Shown: piece by piece, positions 45,377 to 54,824 of the stretch | Layout of the letters: each line of letters begins with the position of its first letter | Numbering within the stretch: the stretch's first letter is position 1 | NCBI GenBank assembly: GCA_965206705.1 | Contig: CBDBKJ010000005.1 | Coordinates: forward strand, 642,979 to 706,978 | DNA: 64,000 bases | From: Vicinamibacterales bacterium | Lineage (GTDB): Bacteria; Acidobacteriota; Vicinamibacteria; Vicinamibacterales; UBA8438 | Reading direction: 5' to 3' | Translations under genes and position numbers: made by a program | The notes under the pieces: generated by a model | Databases searched by the model: none | What the model was told of the DNA's origin: nothing | The model's input: only the letters and a program-made list of their open reading frames with translations

Positions 45377-45659
45377 TGTATCCTCGACGGTCCGAATCGT
45401 CGCGACTCCCATGGCGCACCCTCGCCGCAAGGACAGCGATCAATATGAAGTTGCCAACTGCACCCGGGCGCGGCACAGTTTCTGCGGCTTGGCGCGCTTG
45501 GCACAAGGCAAGGTAGTTTCCGTCAGTGCCAAGTGTTCCAACCGCCGGGCGATGATATCACCGTCCGGCGGTTGCGCTCACTCGGCAGACCAAGCCGCCA
45601 CCGCCGCGCACACGGCGGGCCGGGGCGCCTGCCGCCCGGCGAGAAACGACGCTGCGCGA

Positions 45660-47795
45660 TCAGTTCAGGCCGCGCCGCACGAGGAGCGGACCGATGTCCG
45701 GGTCCGCGCCCCGGAACGCGCGGAACAGGTCCAGAGCCTCGACGCTGCCGCCCCTCGAGAGGAGGGTGCGACGGAAGTGATCTCCGTTCTCGCGCCGCAG
45801 GCCGCCGTTCTCCTTGAACCACTCGACGGAGTCGGCGTCGAGCACCTCGCTCCAGATGTAGGAGTAGTAGCCGGCCGAGTAGCCGCTGCTCCAGATGTGC
45901 GAGAAGTAGGTGCTGCGATAGCGCGGGGGCACCGTTGCGAGCGCCACCCCCGCCGCCTCGAGGGCCGCGGCCTCGAACGCCTCGACGCCGGCGGCGTCGG
46001 GGACCTCGTCGGCCGTCAACTGGTGCCACGCCTGATCGAGGAGCGACGCGGCGAGGTACTCGGTGGTGGCGAATCCCTGGTTGAACTGCTGCGTCGCCAG
46101 CACCTTGTCGAGGAGATCCGCCGGCATCGGCTCGCCGGTCTCGTGATGGACGGCGTAGTTCCGGAGAACCTCGGGCCAGGTGGACCACATCTCGTTGACC
46201 TGCGACGGGTACTCCACGAAGTCGCGAGGCACCGAAGTGCCCGCGAAGTAGGGGTACCGGACGTCCGAGAAGAAGCCGTGCAGGGCGTGGCCGAACTCGT
46301 GGAACATCGTCGTCACTTCATCGAAGGTCAACAGCGTCGGCTCCCCGTCCGGCGGCTTCGGCACGTTCAGGTGGTTGGCGACCACCGGCGCCGTCTCGAG
46401 CAGATGCGACTGCGACACGTACGCGTTCATCCACGCCCCGCCCCGCTTGGACGGCCGGGCGTAGAAGTCGCCGAGAAACAGCCCCAGCGGCGCGCCGCCG
46501 CCGTCGAACACCTCCCACACCCGGACGTCCGGATGGTAGACGGGCAGCTCCGGCCGCGCCTCGAAGGTCAGCCCGTAGAGCTGGTTGGCGGCGAAGAACA
46601 CGCCGTTCTGGAGCACGTTGTCCATCTCGAAGTAAGGGCGCAGCTGCGACGCGTCGAAGGCGTAGCGTTCCGCCCGCACCTTCTCGGTGTAGTACGACCA
46701 GTCCCAGGCCGCCAGCTCCAGGTCGGCGCCTTCCGCCGCCGCCATCGCCTGCAGATCCGCGGCCTCGCGCTCCGCGTTGGCCACGGCCGGGGGGGCGAGG
46801 CTCGCGAGCCGCTCGTTGACCGCGGCGACGGTTCGGGCGGTCTGCCGCTCGAGGATGTAGGCGGCGTGGTTGGGATAGCCGAGCATGGCGGCCCGCTCGG
46901 CCCGCAACCGGGCCATCTCGGTGATGACCCCGCGGTTGTCGTACTCGCCGCCTTGGCTGCCGCGCGCCATCGACGTCTGCATGATGCGCTCGCGGAGGCC
47001 GCGGTCCTCGAGCGCCGCCAGCCCCGGCTGCCCGCTGGTGTTCAGCAGGGGGATGACGTACTGGCCTTCCAGGTCGCGCGCCGCCGCCGCCGCGACGGTC
47101 GCCGCGACCTGACCCTCGGAGAGTCCGGCCAGCTCCTCGCGCGTATCGACCACCACCGCCGAGGCGTTCACCTCGTCGAGCACGTTCTGGGTGAACCGGC
47201 TCGACAGCGCCGCCAGTCGGGCGTTGATCTCCTGCATCCGCTCCTTCTCGGCGTCCGAGAGCCGCGCCCCGGCCCGCACGAAGTCGACGTAGTACTCCTC
47301 GATGAGCCGTTGGGACTCGTCGTCGAGGCCGAGCGACGCCCGCTGCTCGTAGAGCGCCTCGACGCGGCCGAACAGGCCGGCGTCGAGCAGCATGCGGTCG
47401 GTGTGGGCGGCCAGCCGCGGCGCCATCTCGTTGCGAATGGCGTTGATGGCGTCGTTGGTGTCCGCGCTGGCGAGGCTGAAGAAGGTGGACGCGACGCGGT
47501 CCAGCAGCCGGCCCGACCGTTCGAGGGCCACGATCGTGTTCTCGAACGATGGCGGATCGGACGCGCCGGTAATCGCCTCGATCTCCGCGATCTGGTCCGC
47601 CATGCCTCGCTCGAACGCCGGCCGGTAATGCGCGTCGTCGACGCGATCGAACGGCGGAAGCTGATAGGGCAGCGGGCTCTCGGTGAAGAACGGATTGTCG
47701 GCCATCTCTTCCTGCTGTGCTGCGTTCAGGGCGCCGCCGATGCCGATCGCCAGCGCGACGCCGGCCGCCGTCACCCATGCGAACTTCGATGTCAT
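45660..47795 (-). CDS. dcp: M3-family peptidyl-dipeptidase (Dcp-like), secreted
   Basis: GGAGGA RBS. Signal MTSKFAWVTAAGVALAIGIGGA. Zinc motif TTMFHEFGHALHG. PYQLPPFDRV near the N-terminus is typical of Dcp. Confidence 0.9.
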   Translation of the reverse strand: MTSKFAWVTAAGVALAIGIGGALNAAQQEEMADNPFFTESPLPYQLPPFDRVDDAHYRPAFERGMADQIAEIEAITGASDPPSFENTIVALERSGRLLDRVASTFFSLASADTNDAINAIRNEMAPRLAAHTDRMLLDAGLFGRVEALYEQRASLGLDDESQRLIEEYYVDFVRAGARLSDAEKERMQEINARLAALSSRFTQNVLDEVNASAVVVDTREELAGLSEGQVAATVAAAAARDLEGQYVIPLLNTSGQPGLAALEDRGLRERIMQTSMARGSQGGEYDNRGVITEMARLRAERAAMLGYPNHAAYILERQTARTVAAVNERLASLAPPAVANAEREAADLQAMAAAEGADLELAAWDWSYYTEKVRAERYAFDASQLRPYFEMDNVLQNGVFFAANQLYGLTFEARPELPVYHPDVRVWEVFDGGGAPLGLFLGDFYARPSKRGGAWMNAYVSQSHLLETAPVVANHLNVPKPPDGEPTLLTFDEVTTMFHEFGHALHGFFSDVRYPYFAGTSVPRDFVEYPSQVNEMWSTWPEVLRNYAVHHETGEPMPADLLDKVLATQQFNQGFATTEYLAASLLDQAWHQLTADEVPDAAGVEAFEAAALEAAGVALATVPPRYRSTYFSHIWSSGYSAGYYSYIWSEVLDADSVEWFKENGGLRRENGDHFRRTLLSRGGSVEALDLFRAFRGADPDIGPLLVRRGLN

Positions 47796-47912
47796 AGTCG
47801 GATCCTCCGGTAAGAGCTGTGCCGCACTCTTGAACGATACCAGCTTTCGCCGGCCGGGGCCGCCCACCGTGTCACGGCGACCGATTGTCGCACCCGCACC
47901 ATCGCCAGAGGG

Positions 47913-47998
47913 GTCCGCGCGTGCCGGGCGCGCGGCGAGCCGCCTCCTGCTCGGCCTCCCCCGGTGCTTCGGTGAGTCCGCGCGTGCCGGGCGCGCGG
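47913..47998. repeat. two identical 23-nt hairpin-forming repeats (47913..47935 and 47976..47998)
   Basis: GTCCGCGCGTGCCGGGCGCGCGG occurs twice, 63 nt apart. Each has stem CCGCGCG/CGCGCGG and a 7-nt loop. Located in the divergent dcp/epimerase intergenic region. Confidence 0.8.
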
Positions 47999-48054
47999 GC
48001 GCCGGGGTCGGCCACGCTCGCCCGAAGGACGCGTTTGGACGTAGGATTGAGGGC

Positions 48055-48966
48055 ATGCTCCAGGACTCTCCGGAGATCATCGAGCTTCGGGCCGGGGCGG
48101 CGCGTCTCGCGGTGGCTCCGGGGGTCGGCGGGTCCATCACGCGCTACGCCTTCGAGGCGGACGGCCGCGTGATCGAGTGGATGCGTCCGGCGTCGCCCGA
48201 CGCCATCGCCGAGCGGTCCGCCAGCGGGACGTCGAGCTTCCCGCTCGTGCCTTTCTCGAACCGCATCCGCGACGCGCGGTTCCGCTTCCGCGGCCGCGAA
48301 GTCCGGCTTCCGCAGAACTTCCGGCCCGAGCCGCACGCCATCCACGGCCACGGCTGGCGGGCGCCGTGGACCGTCGTCGACCGGGCGGACGCGCGATTGA
48401 CCGTGGAGTACCGCCACCCGGCCGACGCGTGGCCCTGGCCCTACGCGGCGCAGCAGACCTTCGAGCTCACCGACGAACGCCTCCGCGTCCGGTTCGCGGT
48501 CACCAACGAGGCGCCGGACCCGATGCCCGTCGGCTTCGGTCTCCACCCCTACTTCGTCCGGACCCCGCGGGCGTCCGTGCGCGCCGACGTCGGCCCCATG
48601 TGGGAAGCCGACGAGAACGTCATGCCGGTCCGCATCGTGCCCCCGCCCCCGCAGATTCTCCTCAGCGGCGCCGGGCTCAGTCCGGACGCCACCGTTCTCG
48701 ACAACAACTTCACCCGCTTCGGCGGGCGCGCCGTCATCGATTGGCCCGAGTGGAACGCGCGGCTGCACATCGACGCCGACCCCGTCTACGCCTGCCTCGT
48801 CGTTTACACCCCGGCCGGCCGCGACTTCTTCTGCGTCGAGCCCGCCACCAACTGCATCGACGGGTTCAACATGGCCGACCGCGGCCGCACCGACGCAGGC
48901 CTCATCGTCCTCGACCCGGGCGATACCGCGGCCGGCGACGTCACGTTCACGCCCGAGCTGACGTAG
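48055..48966 (+). CDS. aldose 1-epimerase family protein
   Basis: FPLVPFSNRIRDARF, HAIHGHGW, GFGLHPYF and FCVEPATN match the aldose-epimerase (GalM-like) pattern. Confidence 0.8.
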   Translation: MLQDSPEIIELRAGAARLAVAPGVGGSITRYAFEADGRVIEWMRPASPDAIAERSASGTSSFPLVPFSNRIRDARFRFRGREVRLPQNFRPEPHAIHGHGWRAPWTVVDRADARLTVEYRHPADAWPWPYAAQQTFELTDERLRVRFAVTNEAPDPMPVGFGLHPYFVRTPRASVRADVGPMWEADENVMPVRIVPPPPQILLSGAGLSPDATVLDNNFTRFGGRAVIDWPEWNARLHIDADPVYACLVVYTPAGRDFFCVEPATNCIDGFNMADRGRTDAGLIVLDPGDTAAGDVTFTPELT

Positions 48967-48992
48967 CCGGGGCGTGCGCGGACTCGGCAAGC

Positions 48993-50156
48993 TCACGAGG
49001 CCGTCTTCGACCACGCTCCGGCCCACAACCGATCCAGGAAATCGGTCCAGGGCAGCACGCGGATGCCGTCCACGAGGCGGGGCGCCCGCTCCATGGAGAC
49101 GATCACGTAGTCGGCGCACAGGCCCTCCTCGCGCAAGGCCCTGATGCCTTTCATGTCCCGCGCCCCCACTTGCGCCTTCGCCTTGACCTCGACGGCCAGA
49201 CCCCCGAACACGAAGTCGACCTCGAACTGCGATTTCGACCGCCAGTACCGCGGCGTGTCGAGCCGGTGATGATCGCACCAGGCCTTGATTTCCTGGAAGA
49301 TGAAGCTCTCGAACGCGACGCCGTACTCGGACGTTCCCGGCGCGAGCCCCCGCCGTCCCTGGAGATGGCGGGCAAGCCCCACGTCGAACAGGTAGTACTT
49401 GGACGTGGAGATCGCCTTGCGCTTCCGCGTGTCGGTGAACGCCGGCACCTCGTGGGCGATCAGGGTGTCCTTCAGTATCTGGTAGTACTCCCGAACCGTC
49501 GACGCCGGCACCTGCGCGTCGTTGGCCAGGTTGGCGAAGTTGATCATGTCGCCGTGGGCCAGCGCCGCGACTTCGAGGAAGCGGCTGAACGCGCCGATGT
49601 TCCTGACTATGGCCTCGGCCGCGACCTCCTCCCGGAGATAGTCGCCGGCGTAGCCGGCGAGGTCCTCGGCCGGCGACTCGGAAAAGTAGATCGACGGCAG
49701 CAGGCCATGTTCGAGCGCGCGATCCAGATCGAACCCATCACCGAGCTCGATACGGAGGAACGGGTGCAGCACGCGGGACCGCGCCCGGCCCCCCAGCAGG
49801 TTCACGCCCTTGCGCCGTAGGCGCCGCGCGCTCGAGCCGGTCAGCAGGAACCGGATTCCGCGCTCCTCGATCAGCAGGTGCACCTCGTTGAGCAGCTCCG
49901 GCAGCCGCTGGATCTCGTCGATCACCACGATGGCGGGCCCGCCCCGGTCGGCCAGCGACTCGCGGATGAGCGCCGGATTCCGGGAGAGGCGCAGGAACAG
50001 CGTCTGGTCCAGCAGGTTCCAGACCGGACAGTCCGCGAACTGCTGGCGGATCAACGTCGACTTGCCGGTCTGCCGCGGACCGAAGAGGAAGCACGACTTC
50101 CGCTCCACCACGGCCCGCAGGTCCAGGCGGCGGGGGATGATCGGAGGCTTCTTCAT
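48993..50156 (-). CDS. AAA+ ATPase with DUF4143-type C-terminal domain (second copy)
   Basis: Walker A GPRQTGKST, Walker B VVIDEIQ, then LTGSSARRL. Same architecture as 32570..33892. Confidence 0.8.
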   Translation of the reverse strand: MKKPPIIPRRLDLRAVVERKSCFLFGPRQTGKSTLIRQQFADCPVWNLLDQTLFLRLSRNPALIRESLADRGGPAIVVIDEIQRLPELLNEVHLLIEERGIRFLLTGSSARRLRRKGVNLLGGRARSRVLHPFLRIELGDGFDLDRALEHGLLPSIYFSESPAEDLAGYAGDYLREEVAAEAIVRNIGAFSRFLEVAALAHGDMINFANLANDAQVPASTVREYYQILKDTLIAHEVPAFTDTRKRKAISTSKYYLFDVGLARHLQGRRGLAPGTSEYGVAFESFIFQEIKAWCDHHRLDTPRYWRSKSQFEVDFVFGGLAVEVKAKAQVGARDMKGIRALREEGLCADYVIVSMERAPRLVDGIRVLPWTDFLDRLWAGAWSKTAS

Positions 50157-50289
50157 GTCATGACATTCAGCAACAGTACCGCTGTTCATCATGACAACGA
50201 ACGACACATCCGGTCAATGGCTTCGCGTGCGCATGGTGGTGAAGGTGTTGACGTGGGGCGGGCCGTGCGGGTCTTCGGCGTACCGGAAT

Positions 50290-50847
50290 TCAGGACGAAA
50301 AGACGCTTTCCAAATCCAGGGTGAACCCGGGAAGCAGGGGCGAGCGCAACGTCTGTTCCCGGCGGAAGGTCTGGGTAACTACCAGCGCGCGGTCGTGCAG
50401 ACGGTGAATCCGCACCGTTTCGGCCGAAGGATCGACCATCCAGTACTCCGCCACGCCGTGTTTCGCGTAGAGAGCGCGCTTGTAACCCCGGTCCCGCTCC
50501 GCGGTGGCCGGTGAGAGGATCTCGATCACGAGGTCGGGGGCGCCCCGCACGTTTTCACCGCTGCTCAGCAGATATGCGCGGTCGGTGGAGACGAACAGCA
50601 GGTCCGGCTGCACGACGTCGGTGTCGGAGAGCACCACGTCGCACGGGGCGAAGAAGAGCGTCCCCAGCGAGTTCTCCCGAACGAATCGAGCCAGCCGCTC
50701 GCCCAACCGGACCTGAACCGTCTGGTGCTTCAGATTCGGCGCCGGGACCATGACCAGATCGCCATCGATCAACTCGTAGCGCTTGTCCGGCGGCGCCGTC
50801 CGGTAATCCTCATAGGTGAACTTGAAGACGGGCTGCGCGGTGGGCAC
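50290..50847 (-). CDS. Uma2-family (DUF820) restriction-endonuclease-like protein (GTG start inferred)
   Basis: YELIDGDLVMVPAPNLKHQ...QPDLLFVS...PDLVIEILSPATAERDRGYKRALYAKHGVAEYWMVDP, the canonical Uma2 PD-(D/E)xK pattern. Confidence 0.8.
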   Translation of the reverse strand: MPTAQPVFKFTYEDYRTAPPDKRYELIDGDLVMVPAPNLKHQTVQVRLGERLARFVRENSLGTLFFAPCDVVLSDTDVVQPDLLFVSTDRAYLLSSGENVRGAPDLVIEILSPATAERDRGYKRALYAKHGVAEYWMVDPSAETVRIHRLHDRALVVTQTFRREQTLRSPLLPGFTLDLESVFSS

Positions 50848-51119
50848 CTTCTTCGTCCCCCTGTCGTTTCGCCGCCTGCGGCTGCGACGATTATACGTTC
50901 TCCCGGCAGTCGCGGTGGGAGCGGCGTGCGGAGGCGCCGCCGCGTTCGTGCGATACTGGGCGCACGGCGGACGCCTGCGCGTCATCTCTTGGCGGCCCGC
51001 GCGTCGCGACCCGGAGACGCGCCGAAGGAGCCCTCCCCTCCGCCACGACCGCGCCGCCGCCGGGGGGGGCGGCTCGTGGCATTCGGGCGCGTGCGTCTGG
51101 AACGGCAGGATGGAGTGCA

Positions 51120-51695
51120 ATGGCGGTTGCAGTGCAGCGCTCACGCATAACGGCCGACGAGTTGTTCGAGCGGCAGGACGACGGGTACCGGTATGAGCTC
51201 GTCGAAGGATCACTCGTTCGCATGACGCCGTCGGGAGCGCGGCACGGGGTGGTGACGGCCTGCCTCGGTCAGGTGCTCAACGAGTACGTCCTCGCGCACG
51301 GCGCCGGTATCTGCTGCGGCGCCGAGACGGGCTTCATCCTGCGGCGCGCACCGGACGTCGTTCGTGCGCCCGACGCCTCGTTCGTCGCCGCGTCGCGCAT
51401 TCCGAAGACCGGCATCCCCGCCGCCTACTGGCCGTTCGCGCCGGATCTCGCCGTCGAAGTCGTCTCGCCCTCGGACCGCGCGTCCGACGTGCACGCGAAG
51501 GTCGACGACTACTTCGCGGCCGGAACCCGCCTGGTCTGGATCGTCGACCCCGCGGAGCGGGTCGTCCGCGTCCATCGGTCCTTGCGCGACGTTCAGGCGG
51601 TCGCCGAGGACGGCGACCTGACCGGCGGGAACGTGCTGCCGGGGTTCCGCTGCCCGGTACGGCGGCTGTTCCCCTGGGACCGTCCGCCGCGATGA
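51120..51695 (+). CDS. Uma2-family (DUF820) restriction-endonuclease-like protein
   Basis: YELVEGSLVRMTPSGARHG...APDASFV...PDLAVEVVSPSDRASDVHAKVDDYFAAGTRLVWIVDP. Confidence 0.85.
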   Translation: MAVAVQRSRITADELFERQDDGYRYELVEGSLVRMTPSGARHGVVTACLGQVLNEYVLAHGAGICCGAETGFILRRAPDVVRAPDASFVAASRIPKTGIPAAYWPFAPDLAVEVVSPSDRASDVHAKVDDYFAAGTRLVWIVDPAERVVRVHRSLRDVQAVAEDGDLTGGNVLPGFRCPVRRLFPWDRPPR

Positions 51696-52013
51696 TCTGT
51701 CTCCTCCCCCTCTCGATTCTCCGGAACCGTGAATTTCGTCGCGGACAGCTTGTTTCTCACCTGCCCGCTTCTGTCGCTGTGGCAGGTAGGCGCGCGCTAA
51801 GCCGACGCCATCGTACCGTCAAGTGCGATGAGTTGGGGGCGATCTGCTCGGTGATTGAGGTTGAGGGTGTGGGTTGTTGCGCCGTCCCTGGTGCCTGGAC
51901 GGCAGAACTCTGTCGTCGGACTGCCCCGGACAGCCGTCGTCGAAGTCGGGATGATGCAGGTCGTCGCAGCCCCGTTGCCGGGAAGCGTCGCCATAGAGTC
52001 GCCCGCGGTGGCC

Positions 52014-53852
52014 TCAGCCGCTCGTGCGGGCCATGGACTTGCTCCGCACGAATCGCGGCATGCGCGAGTCGTCGCCGTCGATCAGGGCCCTGATGTCATC
52101 GAGGTCTTCCTTGAACTTGTTTGCCGGTACTTCGGCATAGCGCCAGCAACTGAACGCCGAACCGCGTACGGCCTCTCGTGCGCGCGCCTCGAACTCGGCC
52201 GCCGCTGGCGTGTCGCCGGTCGCCCAGGAGGCTACTGCCATGCATTGCAGGTAGTTTGGATCCGATTCCATTTCGGATTCCGATTGATCGAGCTCGACGA
52301 CTCGAACGAACGGATCCCGGACGATCTTGTCGGTGGCCCCCCACGCCGCCATGCCGTAGTTGAACGCATCGCCTATGTCCATATCTTCGACACTGCGATC
52401 CTCATGGCGAAGCAACTTCGCCGCCTCGCTGCACGCTCCGGTCGCGATGAACCGCATCGCCAACGATCCTCGCGCGTTCGCACGACTCTCCTCCGGCACG
52501 GCCGCGTCCCCAACGATCTGCTTCAGGATGGACATGGAAACCGCGATTTCTTCCGGCCGTTCATCGAGTCTATTTGCAAGGGAAAGACGTTCACGAACGT
52601 CGATCGACATCACTGCCGGTGAAGCCGCAGCATCCTCGGACTTGTCGAGCCCGGTCAGTGATACGGCTTTCCAGATCAGCGGAGGCGGTACACTGTCGGT
52701 TTGCAGCACACGCAACGCATCTTCGCTCGCGCCGCTCGGATCATTGTTACGAGAACGAACCCGAGCCCGCTCCAGATATACTTCCGGTTCGTCGTATCCC
52801 AACTCGATCGCTCGATCGAACAACGATGCGTCTCGCGTTGCCCGGCGGTCGCCTTCCCGGAATCTTCCCAGTACGAACAGCACCTCCCCATCCTCGGAGT
52901 GCGCCCGTTCGATTCGCCGCAGCTGTTTCTCCAAGTCACTTGGTGATTCGTATGCCATTCTCCGGCGTTGCCACAGTCTGGCCGTCCGCGTGATGTAGTC
53001 CAGTGCTCCATCCCGGTCGTCCAGATTACGTCCGACGATCTCGTCAACGACGGCGCAGTACTCCTGCGCGAGCCGACTCTTTGGACGATCCTTGGTGAAT
53101 ACTACTTGGTTCAATAGCGAGAGGCTGTCGTACCGGTGCACGATCAGCGGATCGCGCGACAAGGCCAGTTGGCTCCGGAATGCCTGGATCTTGTCTTCGA
53201 GAATCCTGTACTCGTCGTCCAGGTCCGGAACATTGGACATGATGAAATGGAGATCGATGATCTTGCTGCGCGGTTCGCGGGTCTCCGCCCGGATGTCGTG
53301 CACCACCTTGGTCAGCCCGCGCAGATTCTGTTCGTTCGGAAAGAACAGGATTGCCACCGCGTCAGGCAATTGCCGTGTGCAGATGCCGCCGGTGTCCGTA
53401 TGACCGGTCCGTGAATCGATGAGCACGTAGTCGGGATTGATGACCTCCTGCCACTGAGCCTTGAGATCCTCGAAAAACAGATAGCCGTCGCGTTTGTCGT
53501 AGAGCTCGGCCCAGTCGATCTGACTGAAATGAGCGGCGTACGTGGCCTGCTGGGCGCCCGACGGCATGATCCACAGCTCGCCGCCGCGGTCGCCGATCTC
53601 GGGCAACCGGGCCATGAATTGGCGGGCGTCGGGAGCGCGATTGGAGTCCAGGTACTCGTGGACGAAATCGATGATTCCGGGGACCTCATCCCGGGGGCGG
53701 AGGATGTCGAACGTGTCGAGTCCGGGCGCCTCGAGATCGAAATCAACCGCCAACACGCGACGCCCTCGCTTGGCCAGTTCGACGGCGGCGTTGGCCAGCG
53801 CCATGCTCCGGCCCACCCCGCCCTTGAACGAGTAGAACGTCGTAATGTACAT
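52014..53852 (-). CDS. KGGVGR-variant ParA/MinD-like P-loop NTPase fused to ~330-aa helical-repeat (TPR-like) C-terminal domain
   Basis: Deviant Walker A FYSFKGGVGRSMALANAA, VLAVDFDLEAPGL and YVLIDSRTGHTD (Walker B-like). The C-terminal half is helical with no recognisable catalytic motif. Confidence 0.8.
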   Translation of the reverse strand: MYITTFYSFKGGVGRSMALANAAVELAKRGRRVLAVDFDLEAPGLDTFDILRPRDEVPGIIDFVHEYLDSNRAPDARQFMARLPEIGDRGGELWIMPSGAQQATYAAHFSQIDWAELYDKRDGYLFFEDLKAQWQEVINPDYVLIDSRTGHTDTGGICTRQLPDAVAILFFPNEQNLRGLTKVVHDIRAETREPRSKIIDLHFIMSNVPDLDDEYRILEDKIQAFRSQLALSRDPLIVHRYDSLSLLNQVVFTKDRPKSRLAQEYCAVVDEIVGRNLDDRDGALDYITRTARLWQRRRMAYESPSDLEKQLRRIERAHSEDGEVLFVLGRFREGDRRATRDASLFDRAIELGYDEPEVYLERARVRSRNNDPSGASEDALRVLQTDSVPPPLIWKAVSLTGLDKSEDAAASPAVMSIDVRERLSLANRLDERPEEIAVSMSILKQIVGDAAVPEESRANARGSLAMRFIATGACSEAAKLLRHEDRSVEDMDIGDAFNYGMAAWGATDKIVRDPFVRVVELDQSESEMESDPNYLQCMAVASWATGDTPAAAEFEARAREAVRGSAFSCWRYAEVPANKFKEDLDDIRALIDGDDSRMPRFVRSKSMARTSG

Positions 53853-53870
53853 GCTCCGAACCCCGCAGGG

Positions 53871-54422
53871 CTACGCGACGAGCCGGAAGCGTGCCTGCTG
53901 CTGTCGGTGCTTGTCAGACACTTCGATGACGCGGAAACGTCCGGCGTTTGCGTCCGAGCGCGGAAAGGCTTGGGGTTCCAACCCGAGGCGTGCCAGCATG
54001 CGCAGGTTGTTGCTTGCCGCCACGAGGCGGAGGTAGCGGTCGTTCGCGGCGCTCTGAATCAGAATCCCGTTCTCCCAGCGGTTCAGCGTCGCTTCGCCGA
54101 GACCGGTGACCTTCGAGAAGGCGGCGCGGGACATTCCGTGCATCCCTCGGATTCCGCGAATCTCGTTCGGCGACAGCACCCCGAGGTGGGCGCAGACCGC
54201 TTCGTGCTTGAGGGTCTCGGCTTCATCGTCGAGGAATTCGAGGCCGCATGACGGACAGACGTGAACCGGAAGCTCCACGGTCAGTTCGGCGGCGTCGGGG
54301 CCAAGCCCGTACGTGAACGTGTGGTTGCGCCGAGTCCTGCCGACAGGAGAGTCACAGTCGAAACACGTGAGCTCTTCCGGCGCGTCATCAGCGATAGGCG
54401 TGGTCATCGAATGGGGGGTCAT
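53871..54422 (-). CDS. MqsA-like antitoxin: N-terminal zinc ribbon + C-terminal XRE-type HTH
   Basis: CFDCDS...CPSCG four-Cys ribbon. HTH: IRGIRGMHGMSRAAFSKVTGLGEATLNRWENG. 18 nt upstream of the ATPase gene. Confidence 0.75.
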   Translation of the reverse strand: MTPHSMTTPIADDAPEELTCFDCDSPVGRTRRNHTFTYGLGPDAAELTVELPVHVCPSCGLEFLDDEAETLKHEAVCAHLGVLSPNEIRGIRGMHGMSRAAFSKVTGLGEATLNRWENGILIQSAANDRYLRLVAASNNLRMLARLGLEPQAFPRSDANAGRFRVIEVSDKHRQQQARFRLVA

Positions 54423-54434
54423 GGCTCTGCCTGG

Positions 54435-54780
54435 CTACTCGTGAGTCGAGTAGTGGAAGCTCCCGAATATCCGACCTGCATGCAGTTGCAGCTTCACGTA
54501 GAGCCGGGGAACCGCCGGTTCGAGTTCGAATCTTCATGACGTAACCGGGTTTGCCTCGGGGGTTGTCGAGCGTGACGACCTTGACGTCATGACCGTCCTC
54601 GAGTCTGGACGCGATCAGCTCCCAAGCAGCTGAGTTGGTGAACGGTAGGTCAACGGTCGAATTGCGCACTTCGTGCGGCCGCCATTCGGTCGGGCGCTCC
54701 GCACTGAACTTCGTGTCTCTGGACCGAGGCCGCCTTGCCAGCACGACAAGCTGGTGTCGCGTCGAATCGTCGATGCTCAC
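54435..54780 (-). pseudogene. putative toxin (MqsR-like by position and C-terminal motif), frameshift near 54504-54509 (G4 run)
   Basis: ORF 54388..54780 reads ...KPGYVMKIRTRTGGSP and then shifts. The adjacent frame gives LYVKLQLHAGRIFGSFHYSTHE*, ending 12 nt before the MqsA-like ATG. Compare the E. coli MqsR C-terminus ...VYLKITVIHDVLIVSFKEK (from memory). Length is 3n+1. Confidence 0.45.
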
Positions 54781-54824
54781 CAGGATGTCCGCAGTTGGTG
54801 GACGACCGTACAGTCACCGGTATC

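Noticed and set aside
45497-45533. TGGCAC motifs suggesting a sigma-54 promoter upstream of the RsbU-like gene
   Set aside because: Neither strand has TTGC(A/T) at the required 5-nt spacing after TGGCAC. Kept only as an inverted-repeat observation.
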